Virus record (IMG/VR): IMGVR_UViG_2700989574_000004
Location: 1-64,000 of that record
From: a virus
Taxonomy: Duplodnaviria > Caudoviricetes
DNA length: 64,000 nucleotides
Direction: 5' to 3' (one strand)
Part shown: positions 8,393 to 17,285 of the stretch, one piece after another
Layout of the letters: every line of letters starts with the position of its first letter
Numbering within the stretch: position 1 is the stretch's first letter
Translations under genes and position numbers: made by a program
The notes under the pieces: model-generated
Seen by the model: only the letters and a program-made list of their open reading frames with translations
Told to the model about the DNA's origin: nothing
The model's database searches: none

Positions 8393-10189
8393 ATGAACGT
8401 GCAACATTTTGATTTTTTTACAGATAGTGATTTATCTAATCTGGAACGATATCAAACTTGTAAAGCCATGGCTAAGGGTTATGCCAGCACCTACAAGACG
8501 GAACAGTCAAGATTAATGCAGGCTCGCTCATTCTGCTCAAATATCGTATCCGCATATTGGGATACATTGGCAAGAAAGCTAAAAAGCAACATTAAAATGC
8601 GAGCAGTACCACATACGGTCTACATGGAAGATATTTTATGTGATGCGCGTGAGCTTGCTGAACGAACCGGCGAACTTATTGCTCGATTTCCGGCTGAGGA
8701 TGCTGGGTATTTGATTGGCTCCATTTATACAGTAATGCTACCTTCGGCCTACCGTGCTGAAATGGGAGCTTATTATACCCCCCCGCCTTTGGTATCCCGT
8801 CTGTTGGATTTGGCTGAACAATCAGGTGTTGATTTCTCGCACGCAACCGTGATTGATCCTGCGTGCGGCGGCGGGGCGTTTTTAGCACCCGTAGCCATAA
8901 GAATGTTAAAAAAAGATAAAGGCTCTTCTCCTGAATGGATTTTGCGGAGAATTAGCTGTCGATTGAAGGGGATCGAGATTGATCCATTCGCTGCCTGGAT
9001 GAGTTCGGTTTTACTTGAATCAGTGTTAATGCCGCTTTGTGTAAAGGCTAAGCGTAGGTTGCCCCATGATACAATTATTGTTGGGGATGCGCTTCAGCAA
9101 GAACATATTTTTGGTTATGACCTTGTGATTGGGAATCCGCCTTATGGGCGTGTAACTCTCGATATTAAAATGAGAGAAAAATATTCTCGCTCACTATTTG
9201 GTCATGCGAATCTATATGGCCTGTTTACCGACTTAGCTATTCGCATGGTTAAAGAAAATACTGGGGTTATTGCATTCTTAACACCAACTTCGTTTCTTGG
9301 CGGACAATATTTCACCGCTCTGCGTACTCTTTTGACTGAGAAAACTACTCCATTTGCTTTCGATTTCGTTGCTGATAGAGATGGTGTATTTGACGATGTC
9401 CTTCAGGAAACAATGTTGACGGCATTTAAAGCTGGAGATCATAAAATCCGGGCGTTAGTGTCTTCGCTTGTTCCTAAGGGATTGAATAAAGCAAAAATCG
9501 AGAAAATAGGTAGTGTTGAAGTAGAAAAAGGAGGAGCAACATGGCTCTTGCCGAGGGGTAAAGATGATGCGCGTTTTCTCAAGATGCTGAAAAGCATGCC
9601 TATGCGGTTAGCTGAGTTGGGTTACTCTGTTTCTACTGGCAAACTAGTCTGGAATCGATTCAAGTCACAGCTGCGTACTACGAAAGGAAAGAATAGCTAT
9701 CCCTTAGTCTGGGCAGAGTCGATCACTTCTGCTGGTTTTCGTTTTAGTGCAGATAGAAAGAACCATGTTCCCTATATTGATATAGTACCGCGACAAGATT
9801 TCCTTGTGACAACTTCTGAATGTGTTCTGGTTCAAAGAACGACATCAAAAGAGCAGGAACGAAGGATTTTGGCTGCGATACTACCTCAGAAATTTATAGA
9901 TGAAAATGGTGGTGTTGTGGTTGAAAACCATATTAATATTGTGTATTCAAACGGATTGTTCTCTGCGGTCCGACCCGAGGTTATTGAGGTGCTGCTTAAC
10001 TCGCATGTGGTTGATCGGGCATTTAGGTGCATAAGCGGAAGCGTAGCTGTTTCGGCATATGAACTGAATTCGATTCCGTTGCCTTCTCTAGAGCAGGTGA
10101 TGGAGATTCAAGCGCTACTCGATGCCGGTGTTGACCGCCGAATAATAGAGAGGACAATCGCAGGCTTCTATGGAGTGATGTTTGCATGA
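8393..10189 (+). CDS. N6-adenine DNA methyltransferase (gamma class, PstI/BsuBI-type partner)
   Basis: GAYYTPP, IDPACGGGAF (motif I), IGNPPY (motif IV), NLYGLF. Confidence 0.9.
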   Translation: MNVQHFDFFTDSDLSNLERYQTCKAMAKGYASTYKTEQSRLMQARSFCSNIVSAYWDTLARKLKSNIKMRAVPHTVYMEDILCDARELAERTGELIARFPAEDAGYLIGSIYTVMLPSAYRAEMGAYYTPPPLVSRLLDLAEQSGVDFSHATVIDPACGGGAFLAPVAIRMLKKDKGSSPEWILRRISCRLKGIEIDPFAAWMSSVLLESVLMPLCVKAKRRLPHDTIIVGDALQQEHIFGYDLVIGNPPYGRVTLDIKMREKYSRSLFGHANLYGLFTDLAIRMVKENTGVIAFLTPTSFLGGQYFTALRTLLTEKTTPFAFDFVADRDGVFDDVLQETMLTAFKAGDHKIRALVSSLVPKGLNKAKIEKIGSVEVEKGGATWLLPRGKDDARFLKMLKSMPMRLAELGYSVSTGKLVWNRFKSQLRTTKGKNSYPLVWAESITSAGFRFSADRKNHVPYIDIVPRQDFLVTTSECVLVQRTTSKEQERRILAAILPQKFIDENGGVVVENHINIVYSNGLFSAVRPEVIEVLLNSHVVDRAFRCISGSVAVSAYELNSIPLPSLEQVMEIQALLDAGVDRRIIERTIAGFYGVMFA

Positions 10190-11268
10190 ATCTACCTGTT
10201 GTTCCCCCATTAGATGTTATTCAGGAAAGGTTACCTTTAATTTTTCCTGAAGGTACTGAAAATCGTGGATATCTAATCCGAGAGATAGCTGCAAAAACTA
10301 TTTTTGTCATGTTTTATGTCGGAGCTGTTGACGGGCTTGAGCGATGGATCCGGCCTAGCCAGGTCGTAAGTATGGGGGATTCACAGGCTAGTCTCACTGA
10401 TGATGTCAGTCGAGAAAGTTGGGTGAAGATGACTTTCTCAAAACATAAGACAAGACCTACTGATGCATGGTATGCAGAGAATACGCGTGAACCGATTCGT
10501 GACGAGACGATCAAAAATGGTTTCATACCGTGTAATGCAATTGTTGAGCGTAAAGGCATACCCACCACATCTTCTCAACCACGTTACAGCTTGAATCGAT
10601 CTTTTGCCGCGCTTTTTGATACGAAACTTCACGGTGATGAACTTTTGAGAGCAATTAGTAACTGGCAAGAAAGTCATTTGAACAAAGCAGCCCTTGCCAG
10701 ATTACGTTTATTGAAGTCAGGTGCAGCGATTGCCGATGATGCAATAGTTGTGACTTTTCCAAATGGGGAAAAAAGAACTTTAGCTCCTGGTCCATCAAGC
10801 GTGATAGCTAAAGCTGTTATCGAGGTTTTTGCTCCCAATTTTCTGAAGAATCCAACAGTACTCTGGTTGTCTGAGTCCGGGAATAAAGTTGTTGCTCAGG
10901 ACGAAGTATTAGCGCAGGCACTAGGATTAAACATTGATGCTTCCAAGGCTCTACCTGATATTATTTTGGTTGATTTGGGAGAAGATCGAACAGGTTCTGA
11001 TATGCTTGTCGTTTTTACTGAGGTTGTTGCGACGGACGGACCTATCAACAGGGAAAGAAAAGTTACTCTCACTCACTTAGCTATTGATGCTGGGTTCAGC
11101 GAGAAGAACCTTGCATTTCTTACAGCATTTATTGATAGAAGTGCTTCGTCTTTCAGAAAGGCTATCCCTGAATTAGCATGGGGGTCCTATGCTTGGTTTG
11201 CGTCAGAACCAGAACACCTGATTGATCTCAGAGATGGTTCTCCGGTAAAGATTAGTCAGAGGGTTTGA
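10186..11268 (+). CDS. BsuBI/PstI-family type II restriction endonuclease
   Basis: WYAENTREPIRDET, PTTSSQPRY, LAPGPSS, LPDIILVD, EVVATDGPI, AWGSYAWFASEPEHLI; ATGA overlap with the MTase. Confidence 0.85.
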   Translation: MNLPVVPPLDVIQERLPLIFPEGTENRGYLIREIAAKTIFVMFYVGAVDGLERWIRPSQVVSMGDSQASLTDDVSRESWVKMTFSKHKTRPTDAWYAENTREPIRDETIKNGFIPCNAIVERKGIPTTSSQPRYSLNRSFAALFDTKLHGDELLRAISNWQESHLNKAALARLRLLKSGAAIADDAIVVTFPNGEKRTLAPGPSSVIAKAVIEVFAPNFLKNPTVLWLSESGNKVVAQDEVLAQALGLNIDASKALPDIILVDLGEDRTGSDMLVVFTEVVATDGPINRERKVTLTHLAIDAGFSEKNLAFLTAFIDRSASSFRKAIPELAWGSYAWFASEPEHLIDLRDGSPVKISQRV

Positions 11269-11355
11269 ACAAATATCAATCAGGTTTAAGCAACTGTACG
11301 ATTGTTCTTAACCTGAAGTTTTTGCCAAACACCCCGAATGAGAACTCACATCAAG

Positions 11356-11379
11356 AACCCGCCATTGGCGGGTTTTTTT
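11356..11379 (+). terminator. Intrinsic terminator after the R-M operon
   Basis: AACCCGCCA-T-TGGCGGGTT followed by a T-run. Confidence 0.75.
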
Positions 11380-11466
11380 ATATCTGGAATAAATTTCTCA
11401 TATGAAACAAGCACATTACCACAGCTAATGTGCCATTGAGGGCTTGAACATTTCCGCTAATAAGTA

Positions 11467-11486
11467 TACTGTTTGTTTATACAGTA
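11467..11486 (+). promoter_or_regulatory. LexA (SOS) box overlapping the dinI promoter
   Basis: TACTGTTTGTTTATACAGTA = CTG-N10-CAG; TTGAAC at 11444-11449 as the -35. Confidence 0.9.
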
Positions 11487-11505
11487 CTTGCGTGAGGAGC
11501 TAGTT

Positions 11506-11739
11506 ATGAAAGTGGAAATCACAATTGATCGCCAAAAAAAATTGCCGGATGGCGCGGTGCCTGCTCTGGAGAAGGAGCTACTGCGGCGATTGGATCAAAA
11601 CTTTAATAACTGCAGTCTTGTGATTCGTCGAGCCAGCTCTGATGGGTTAACCGTGCTTGGTGGAATGGACGGAGATAAAAAACGTGTAGAGGAAATCCTG
11701 CAGGACACCTGGGAAAGCGCTGATGACTGGTTCCGTTAA
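11506..11739 (+). CDS. dinI: DinI-family protein
   Basis: MKVEITIDRQKKLPDGAVPALEKELLRRL...ILQDTWESADDWF; SOS box upstream. Confidence 0.92.
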   Translation: MKVEITIDRQKKLPDGAVPALEKELLRRLDQNFNNCSLVIRRASSDGLTVLGGMDGDKKRVEEILQDTWESADDWFR

Positions 11740-11783
11740 GTTGAGGTCCAGTGGCTTGCCTAGTTTATTTTGAGGATTTGGCT

Positions 11784-12041
11784 GTGAGTAAAAAACAAGA
11801 AATGCCGAACACCGGCTATGCAATTATCAGATGCGATGATGGGGTGATCGTTGCTCGTCTGACATCCTTTCCTGTGTGTGAGCGCGCTCTGATGTACCGG
11901 CGTGGCGACACTGTTTCGTTTATGCCTTTGCAGCCGGATGAGATCGTGGGGACTCTCTCTCTTTTTTCACAGATGATTGAAAAGGCTAAGTCTGGAGTTG
12001 GTTACCAAGTTCCCCCTGGTTCTGTTACAATCCCGTCATAG
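11784..12041 (+). CDS. Probable SOS-induced antirepressor (Gifsy-type)
   Basis: GTG start with GAGGA RBS directly behind dinI; the cognate repressor lacks a cleavage domain; function inferred from synteny. Confidence 0.5.
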   Translation: MSKKQEMPNTGYAIIRCDDGVIVARLTSFPVCERALMYRRGDTVSFMPLQPDEIVGTLSLFSQMIEKAKSGVGYQVPPGSVTIPS

Positions 12042-12081
12042 GCCTGAACAACCTATACCTGCTGCGTCACGGAGAGAAACC

Positions 12082-12474
12082 ATGACGCAAACAACCGAAG
12101 TATTAAAATCCCATCAGACTGGTGCTCCTTCAACGAGCGCCGGTTCACTCTCGTCTTCGAAACTAACTTTTCGACAGCAGGAAGTTTTCGATCTGCTGGT
12201 CGCCTACATCAATCAGCATGGCTACCCACCTACGCTATCTGAGCTGGCCGATATGCTCGGCGTTAGCTCGTCTAATGCTGTCCTGTTGCATCTGCGTGCG
12301 TTAGAGAGAAAAAATTTTATAAAACTCTCTCGACGTGTCTCCAGAGGAATTTCCATCGTCGGGTGTAAGGAGCCTATGCTCGCCGTGCAGTTGCTGCAGG
12401 AAATGATCGCTGAAGAACCCGGCGCGCGTGAAAGAGCGATTGAGTTTTTGCGACTGTTCGGTGATCAGCCATGA
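12082..12474 (+). CDS. LexA N-terminal DNA-binding-domain protein (no peptidase domain)
   Basis: LTFRQQEVFDLL...GYPPTLSELADMLGVSSSNAVLLHLRALERK...SRGI aligns by eye with the LexA winged helix. Confidence 0.8.
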   Translation: MTQTTEVLKSHQTGAPSTSAGSLSSSKLTFRQQEVFDLLVAYINQHGYPPTLSELADMLGVSSSNAVLLHLRALERKNFIKLSRRVSRGISIVGCKEPMLAVQLLQEMIAEEPGARERAIEFLRLFGDQP

Positions 12475-12674
12475 AGAAAAGTTGGTTTTTACACGAGCAA
12501 CTTTCAGAGGCTGAGGCTACAGAGCTGGTGGAGCGATACCGTAAAAATAACTGTGTGGTTGAGAAGAGCTTATCCAGAGACTTTGCATCGTGGGAGATCC
12601 GCGTGCTGTTGCCCGAATCGAAAAAGCCGCCACGGATTGACAGGACCTACATACAGAAGATGTGGAGGGACTGA
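12471..12674 (+). CDS. Small phage protein
   Basis: 67-aa ORF translationally coupled on both sides. Confidence 0.65.
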   Translation: MKKSWFLHEQLSEAEATELVERYRKNNCVVEKSLSRDFASWEIRVLLPESKKPPRIDRTYIQKMWRD

Positions 12675-13705
12675 TGCGAGCTTTGCTTAACGTGGATATT
12701 GCACGCCATCTTGGAATTGTGCTGCTTAAGCCGGGTAGTGAATTAATGCCGTTATTCGGTGCCGGCCGAGTTCTTGTTGAAATGCCGCCGGCAAGCATGA
12801 AAAAGATACCCAGTGGACGTCTTCCTGATGCCCGGCAGCCGTTGCGGGATGAAATGGGGATCAGACCTTTTTTCATGAAGAAGGCAGTTATCACTGCAGC
12901 TGGTGGGGTTAGTGCCCTCGAGTCATGGTTGCGTAGGCAGGTTAAAAACTGTCAGTGGACACATTCCGATTACCATCACCATGAGCTCGTCCCGTTTCGC
13001 CATTCGACGGGTGTAATAATCGCATGCTGGCACTGTGATAATGAGCTGAAAAACCAAACGGAAAAAACCCTCAATCAACTGGTAGGTGTTAACAACGCTG
13101 ACTGGGTAATCGACACTGCCCGCATCGCGCTTGGTCTGGACGCTCAGCGCTCATTGTCACTGGCGGAGCTATGCTGGTGGGCGGTAGGCGCCGGGATTGG
13201 CGATGAAATTACAGAAGAAATGGCGCGCCGATCCCTGCGTATTAAAGACGATAACATTAAATCGGTTTACAGGGAGAGTGAGATTGTTCCGTCGGTACCG
13301 GCCACCAGTATTCTTTCTCCCCGTCTCGAAAAAACAATCAAGCCAACGGCAATAACCACGCCGGGCAAACCTCTGGTTCCTGTGAACGTCGATCCTGTTG
13401 CACCGGCGACACTATTCGCGAGACCTAAGCGGAGCCGATGGTTATCAGCTGACTTTATCTCATGGGTTAAAAAACAGCCGTGTATGTGCTGCGGGCAGCC
13501 TGCAGATGATGCACACCACCTTATTGGCTGGGGGCAGGGCGGCGTAGGCACCAAGGCCCACGATATTTTTACGATCCCATTATGCCGCAAGCACCACCGT
13601 GCTTTGCACCATGACCCTGCCGCTTTTGAGCGTGAATACGGCACCCAGCCGGTATTGATTATTAAATTGCTGGACCGGGCATACGCGCTCGGCGTTCTTT
13701 CCTGA
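12674..13705 (+). CDS. DUF968 / YdfU-like protein with a C-terminal Zn/HNH-like motif
   Basis: CWHCDN, LSLAELCWWA, CMCCGQPADDAHH, TIPLCRKHH; position upstream of Q. Confidence 0.85.
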   Translation: MRALLNVDIARHLGIVLLKPGSELMPLFGAGRVLVEMPPASMKKIPSGRLPDARQPLRDEMGIRPFFMKKAVITAAGGVSALESWLRRQVKNCQWTHSDYHHHELVPFRHSTGVIIACWHCDNELKNQTEKTLNQLVGVNNADWVIDTARIALGLDAQRSLSLAELCWWAVGAGIGDEITEEMARRSLRIKDDNIKSVYRESEIVPSVPATSILSPRLEKTIKPTAITTPGKPLVPVNVDPVAPATLFARPKRSRWLSADFISWVKKQPCMCCGQPADDAHHLIGWGQGGVGTKAHDIFTIPLCRKHHRALHHDPAAFEREYGTQPVLIIKLLDRAYALGVLS

Positions 13706-13717
13706 GGAGCTTTAAAA

Positions 13718-14059
13718 ATGAGAGATATGTACGAAATATTGGACCGCTGGGGAGCTTGGGCGGCATCTGACAATAGTGGTGTTGACTGGCAACCCATTGC
13801 TGCTGGGTTTAAAGGTTTGCTACCTCATGGAAAGAAAATACGCCAGCAATGCGATGATGATGAAGGTATCATGATTGACGGTTGTGTAGCGCGATTGCGG
13901 AAATATAAGCCAGAAGAGTATGAGTTAATTATTGCTCATTTTATTATCGGAATCTCCTTACGTAGCATCGCTAAGAAACTTAAATGCTCTGATGGTACCA
14001 TCAGGAAAGAATTGCATAATGCCATGGGGTTTATTGAAGGGGTTTTAATGATGCTTTAG
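13718..14059 (+). CDS. Q: Late antiterminator Q (933W-like)
   Basis: MRDMYEILDRWGAWA, VDWQPIAAGFKGLLP, CDDDEGIMIDGCVARL, CSDGTIRK. Confidence 0.9.
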   Translation: MRDMYEILDRWGAWAASDNSGVDWQPIAAGFKGLLPHGKKIRQQCDDDEGIMIDGCVARLRKYKPEEYELIIAHFIIGISLRSIAKKLKCSDGTIRKELHNAMGFIEGVLMML

Positions 14060-14062
14060 ACT

Positions 14063-14084
14063 AGCTGGAGCTAGGGCTCCAGCT
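14063..14084. terminator. Hairpin between the convergent Q and MTase genes
   Basis: AGCTGGAGC-TAGG-GCTCCAGCT, a perfect 9-bp stem. Confidence 0.6.
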
Positions 14085-15118
14085 TAAATTTTGATAAAAA
14101 CATTTCCTATTGACTCAGCCATTTTTGGCGGAACAGCATTACCTATTTGTTTCGCCTTAGATAGCATGGAGCCTTTAAAAATGTAATCTATTGGAAACGT
14201 TTGAAGTAGGGCCGCCTCCCGAACAGAAATAGCTCTGTCTTGTTCGGGATGTCCAAACCGGCCGTTTGAGTAACTAATGCATCGTGTAGTTAACCCACTT
14301 GCTGGTTTATCCCATGCCAAACGCCCATAAACGTCGCTATGACCTGTATGCTTCTTGTGGCATTCAAGCAAAAGTTCTCTTGGCCAATATTCTCGTCCTT
14401 TACCTTCAGGGGTGCATCTAATTCGTTTTAAATTCAGCTCTGAAAGTTTTGCACTAACATGGTCTTTCACCAACGGATGAGATTCCCCGGCTTCAATAGA
14501 GGGTATGTTACCAATCCAATCTCTAACCGTAGCGAATGGAATATCAGTTCCATTATGAGTGCGCTCCGGTAAATGAATTTGAGATTCAAGAGAGGCCATT
14601 AAAACAAATCTTTCACGCGTTTGCGGAACACCATACCATAATGCTGGAATAACGCCATAAACAAGATTGTAATTCCTATTTTTTAGAATAGAAATAAAAC
14701 CATAGAGAGGACCGTCATTTACATCCACTTTTTGTAAACCAGGCACATTTTCTATCAATACATAATCGGGTTCGTAGAATTCGACAAAGCGACCGAATTC
14801 TGATAACAAACCTCTTCTGGGATCTGAAGTGGTTTTATTCTGATTTTGCTTTGAAAAAGGTTGGCATGGAGCGCACCCGCAGAACAGAATCTTTGCATCT
14901 TTTTTTGCCGTTTCAACTAATTGAGAGATGTCAGCAACATCAACTGACCTAATGTCATTATTGATGAATACGGCATCAGGATTGTTAGCCTTAAAGGTTT
15001 CGCTTGAGTCATAATCAAAATCTAGGCCAAAAACAATCTCACAACCAGCAGTTTTTAGACCTTGGCTAGTGCCACCGCAGCCAGAGAAAAAATCGAAAAC
15101 TCTGATCTTTTTGCTCAT
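14084..15118 (-). CDS. C5 cytosine DNA methyltransferase (alternative start 15133)
   Basis: Motifs FDFFSGCGG (I), GCAPCQPFS (IV), IENVPGL (VI), GVPQTRER (VIII), REAALLQTFP and QIGNAVPP (IX/X). Confidence 0.93.
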   Translation of the reverse strand: MSKKIRVFDFFSGCGGTSQGLKTAGCEIVFGLDFDYDSSETFKANNPDAVFINNDIRSVDVADISQLVETAKKDAKILFCGCAPCQPFSKQNQNKTTSDPRRGLLSEFGRFVEFYEPDYVLIENVPGLQKVDVNDGPLYGFISILKNRNYNLVYGVIPALWYGVPQTRERFVLMASLESQIHLPERTHNGTDIPFATVRDWIGNIPSIEAGESHPLVKDHVSAKLSELNLKRIRCTPEGKGREYWPRELLLECHKKHTGHSDVYGRLAWDKPASGLTTRCISYSNGRFGHPEQDRAISVREAALLQTFPIDYIFKGSMLSKAKQIGNAVPPKMAESIGNVFIKI

Positions 15119-15137
15119 TATAAAACCCGCCATAACT

Positions 15138-16922
15138 TTACTTATCCCTGATCATACCATGTTCAAGAAAAAATTTCAGCATCTCTCTTGTTTCTATAAA
15201 TGCAGGATGATTATCAGGTATTTTTGATAGGATTCTGATTTGCGTGGCAAATATATCATCTGATGTAATTTCATTGCTCCCAATATCATTTTTACATATT
15301 TCCACGGTTATTTCTTTGGGTGATAGGCCTGCTGTGTCCTTGTCTTTGATTAAATCTAAATAAAAGTCAGGTAGGTTTTCGATTAAAAAAACCTCTGGGT
15401 TTATTACCGGTAAATAACCTATGAAATTATATGAGAAATCAATAAATCCACGATGAAGAAGCTTTTTTTGCTTCTCATTAGGTTTGCCGCCATTTCCATC
15501 TGTCGGAATTTTTATTTCACACCCAAGGATGCTTTTTAATATTTCAGATAGAGCAGGATCTTGGTCTTCTGGAATTTGGGTGGACTTTATAAAGTCAGTA
15601 AGTGTTTTTTGATCTCCATCCAATAAAAATACTGCATTAGTTACATTGGATAAAAATAACGGGACAGCAATATTACCTAGTAAAGTGGTTGCTCCAGCAG
15701 GACAGTAAATTATATCAAATGTATTGACTAAAGCTGAACCACCAGTTTTTAAAGCCTTTTCAACGAATTTCTGAGCGAGTTTATCTTCGACGAAAATTGT
15801 TTTTTTTGACAGTCTGTCACCGAGAGTGAAAAATGCCTCCTCTGGACTAACATTTTCAAGAATACTTACTTTGCCTGTTGTGGAATTTAATGTAAAAAGT
15901 TTTATAGACTCTTGAGGAAGATCCCTTACAATTGATGACGAATGGGTCGAAATAACAACCTGATGTTTGTTTTTAAGACAAATTTGGTTTAAAAATTCCA
16001 TGAGTCTTATTTGTGCAGCAGGATGGAGCGAAACTTCTGGTTCGTCTAATAAGATTAAAGAAGCATTTGGGGCGTTTATTATCTGATTAACCAATAAAGT
16101 TACTGCAAATTCCCCACTGCCTGCAAAGGCTTCAGAATAGTTAAGACTGTTTGATTCCAGTATAACTGTAGATGCTTTATCATTAGTGAAGAGGGCATGC
16201 TCCACTAGTCTGATGCTTTTATAAGTTCGACCTAAAATATGGCTTATAATTTCAACTTTCTCTTTGGAAAGAAGTTCGTTATTATATAACCTCTCCTTTT
16301 TACCCTTGAAAGGTTTGCAGCTGGATGAATTGTTTTCAATTACATCTTTTAATATGTGGCTTCTTTTACGTAAAAAAGTTTTCTTAGGATAAAGATTAAA
16401 GTCAGAGTGGTAAAAAAATTTGTCAAAAGCACTTATTGATGCCCTGAAGTCGATATAGGTAACTAATTTATCAATTTGTTTCCATCGCGACTTTTGTTGA
16501 TTTGGGGAAACAATATTTTTTGGCATTTTTTTCATGCCATCACCTGCAAGTGGTCTAGATGTTTCCCAAAGATCAGGATCATCAGGGTCAACGATCCTTG
16601 TTTTAATTACTTCGACAACTTCTTTGATTGAATAATCGAAATAACCATATATGAATCTTGATCTTCCATCATCTTTTATTTCATCAATGTCAGTGGAAAA
16701 CCACAAGCTACCAAGAGAGTAGTTATTAGGAGAGCCATAGAGGGCCCTTAAAACCGAACTCTTATTTGTTCCGTTTTGTCCTACTAATGCTGTGATAGGA
16801 TAATTAAAATTAATTACACTGAACTCTTCAAGATTTTTATAGAAAGGAAACCTAATGTGTCGGATGAACGGCTCTATGGTTTTTGAACTCATCAGCCCTC
16901 TTAATTTTATGATCTCGCTCAC
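15138..16922 (-). CDS. ABC-type ATPase fused to a TOPRIM-like domain (OLD-like ATP-dependent nuclease); start GTG 16922 or ATG 16892
   Basis: Walker A GQNGTNKSS, signature AGSGE, Walker B LILLDEPEVSLHP, H-loop ISTHS; C-terminal IFVED and FLLDGD. Confidence 0.8.
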   Translation of the reverse strand: MSEIIKLRGLMSSKTIEPFIRHIRFPFYKNLEEFSVINFNYPITALVGQNGTNKSSVLRALYGSPNNYSLGSLWFSTDIDEIKDDGRSRFIYGYFDYSIKEVVEVIKTRIVDPDDPDLWETSRPLAGDGMKKMPKNIVSPNQQKSRWKQIDKLVTYIDFRASISAFDKFFYHSDFNLYPKKTFLRKRSHILKDVIENNSSSCKPFKGKKERLYNNELLSKEKVEIISHILGRTYKSIRLVEHALFTNDKASTVILESNSLNYSEAFAGSGEFAVTLLVNQIINAPNASLILLDEPEVSLHPAAQIRLMEFLNQICLKNKHQVVISTHSSSIVRDLPQESIKLFTLNSTTGKVSILENVSPEEAFFTLGDRLSKKTIFVEDKLAQKFVEKALKTGGSALVNTFDIIYCPAGATTLLGNIAVPLFLSNVTNAVFLLDGDQKTLTDFIKSTQIPEDQDPALSEILKSILGCEIKIPTDGNGGKPNEKQKKLLHRGFIDFSYNFIGYLPVINPEVFLIENLPDFYLDLIKDKDTAGLSPKEITVEICKNDIGSNEITSDDIFATQIRILSKIPDNHPAFIETREMLKFFLEHGMIRDK

Positions 16923-16952
16923 GTTTTGTACTTCCGTGTTGATTTTTCTAAT

Positions 16953-16981
16953 ATCATATAAAAACACTAACGCGTACGCAA
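16953..16981 (-). promoter_or_regulatory. Sigma70 promoter for the ATPase-MTase operon
   Basis: TTGCGT (16976-16981) - 17 bp - TATGAT (16953-16958) on the minus strand. Confidence 0.6.
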
Positions 16982-17011
16982 AAACTATCGTAATCTGTTA
17001 AGAGTGGTCAC
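16967..17011 (+). promoter_or_regulatory. Late promoter pR' / Q-utilisation region
   Basis: CTAACGCGTACGCAAAAA...GTTAAGAGTGGTCAC resembles the sequence that follows 933W-type Q genes; followed by a terminator. Confidence 0.65.
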
Positions 17012-17035
17012 TTCGACACACCGCTTAACCATTAG

Positions 17036-17060
17036 AACCCTGCCGCTCGGCGGGGTTTTT
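17036..17060 (+). terminator. tR'-like intrinsic terminator
   Basis: AACCCTGCCG-CT-CGGCGGGGTT followed by a T-run. Confidence 0.7.
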
Positions 17061-17200
17061 GCTTTCCGGCGATACGACAGGGGGTATTCGCGAGATGCAT
17101 TGCATCAGTACCCTTGTCACATCGTCGTATATCGCATAATTGATTTGCTTCGCCTCACCGTGGCGTAGAGGTGTTGGGCAATAGCTCCCTCTGTTATTTA

Positions 17201-17255
17201 TATAAACAAAAATGTTTATTCTTTGCTTGATGCTATAAACAAAAATGTTTATACT
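17201..17255 (+). promoter_or_regulatory. hicAB promoter with two palindromic operators
   Basis: TATAAACAAAAATGTTTAT at 17201-17219 and 17234-17252; TTGATG-17-TATACT brackets the second copy. Confidence 0.75.
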
Positions 17256-17285
17256 TGTCTCAAGTTAAACAGACAGGAGGAGGAA

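Noticed and set aside
16923-16967. GTG at 16967 as the ATPase start
   Set aside because: It falls inside the predicted promoter spacer; 16922 and 16892 have RBS-like sequences.
17201-17252. CRISPR-like or mini-array repeat
   Set aside because: Only two copies, 14 bp apart and overlapping a promoter; best explained as HicB operators. No CRISPR array or cas gene was seen in the window.
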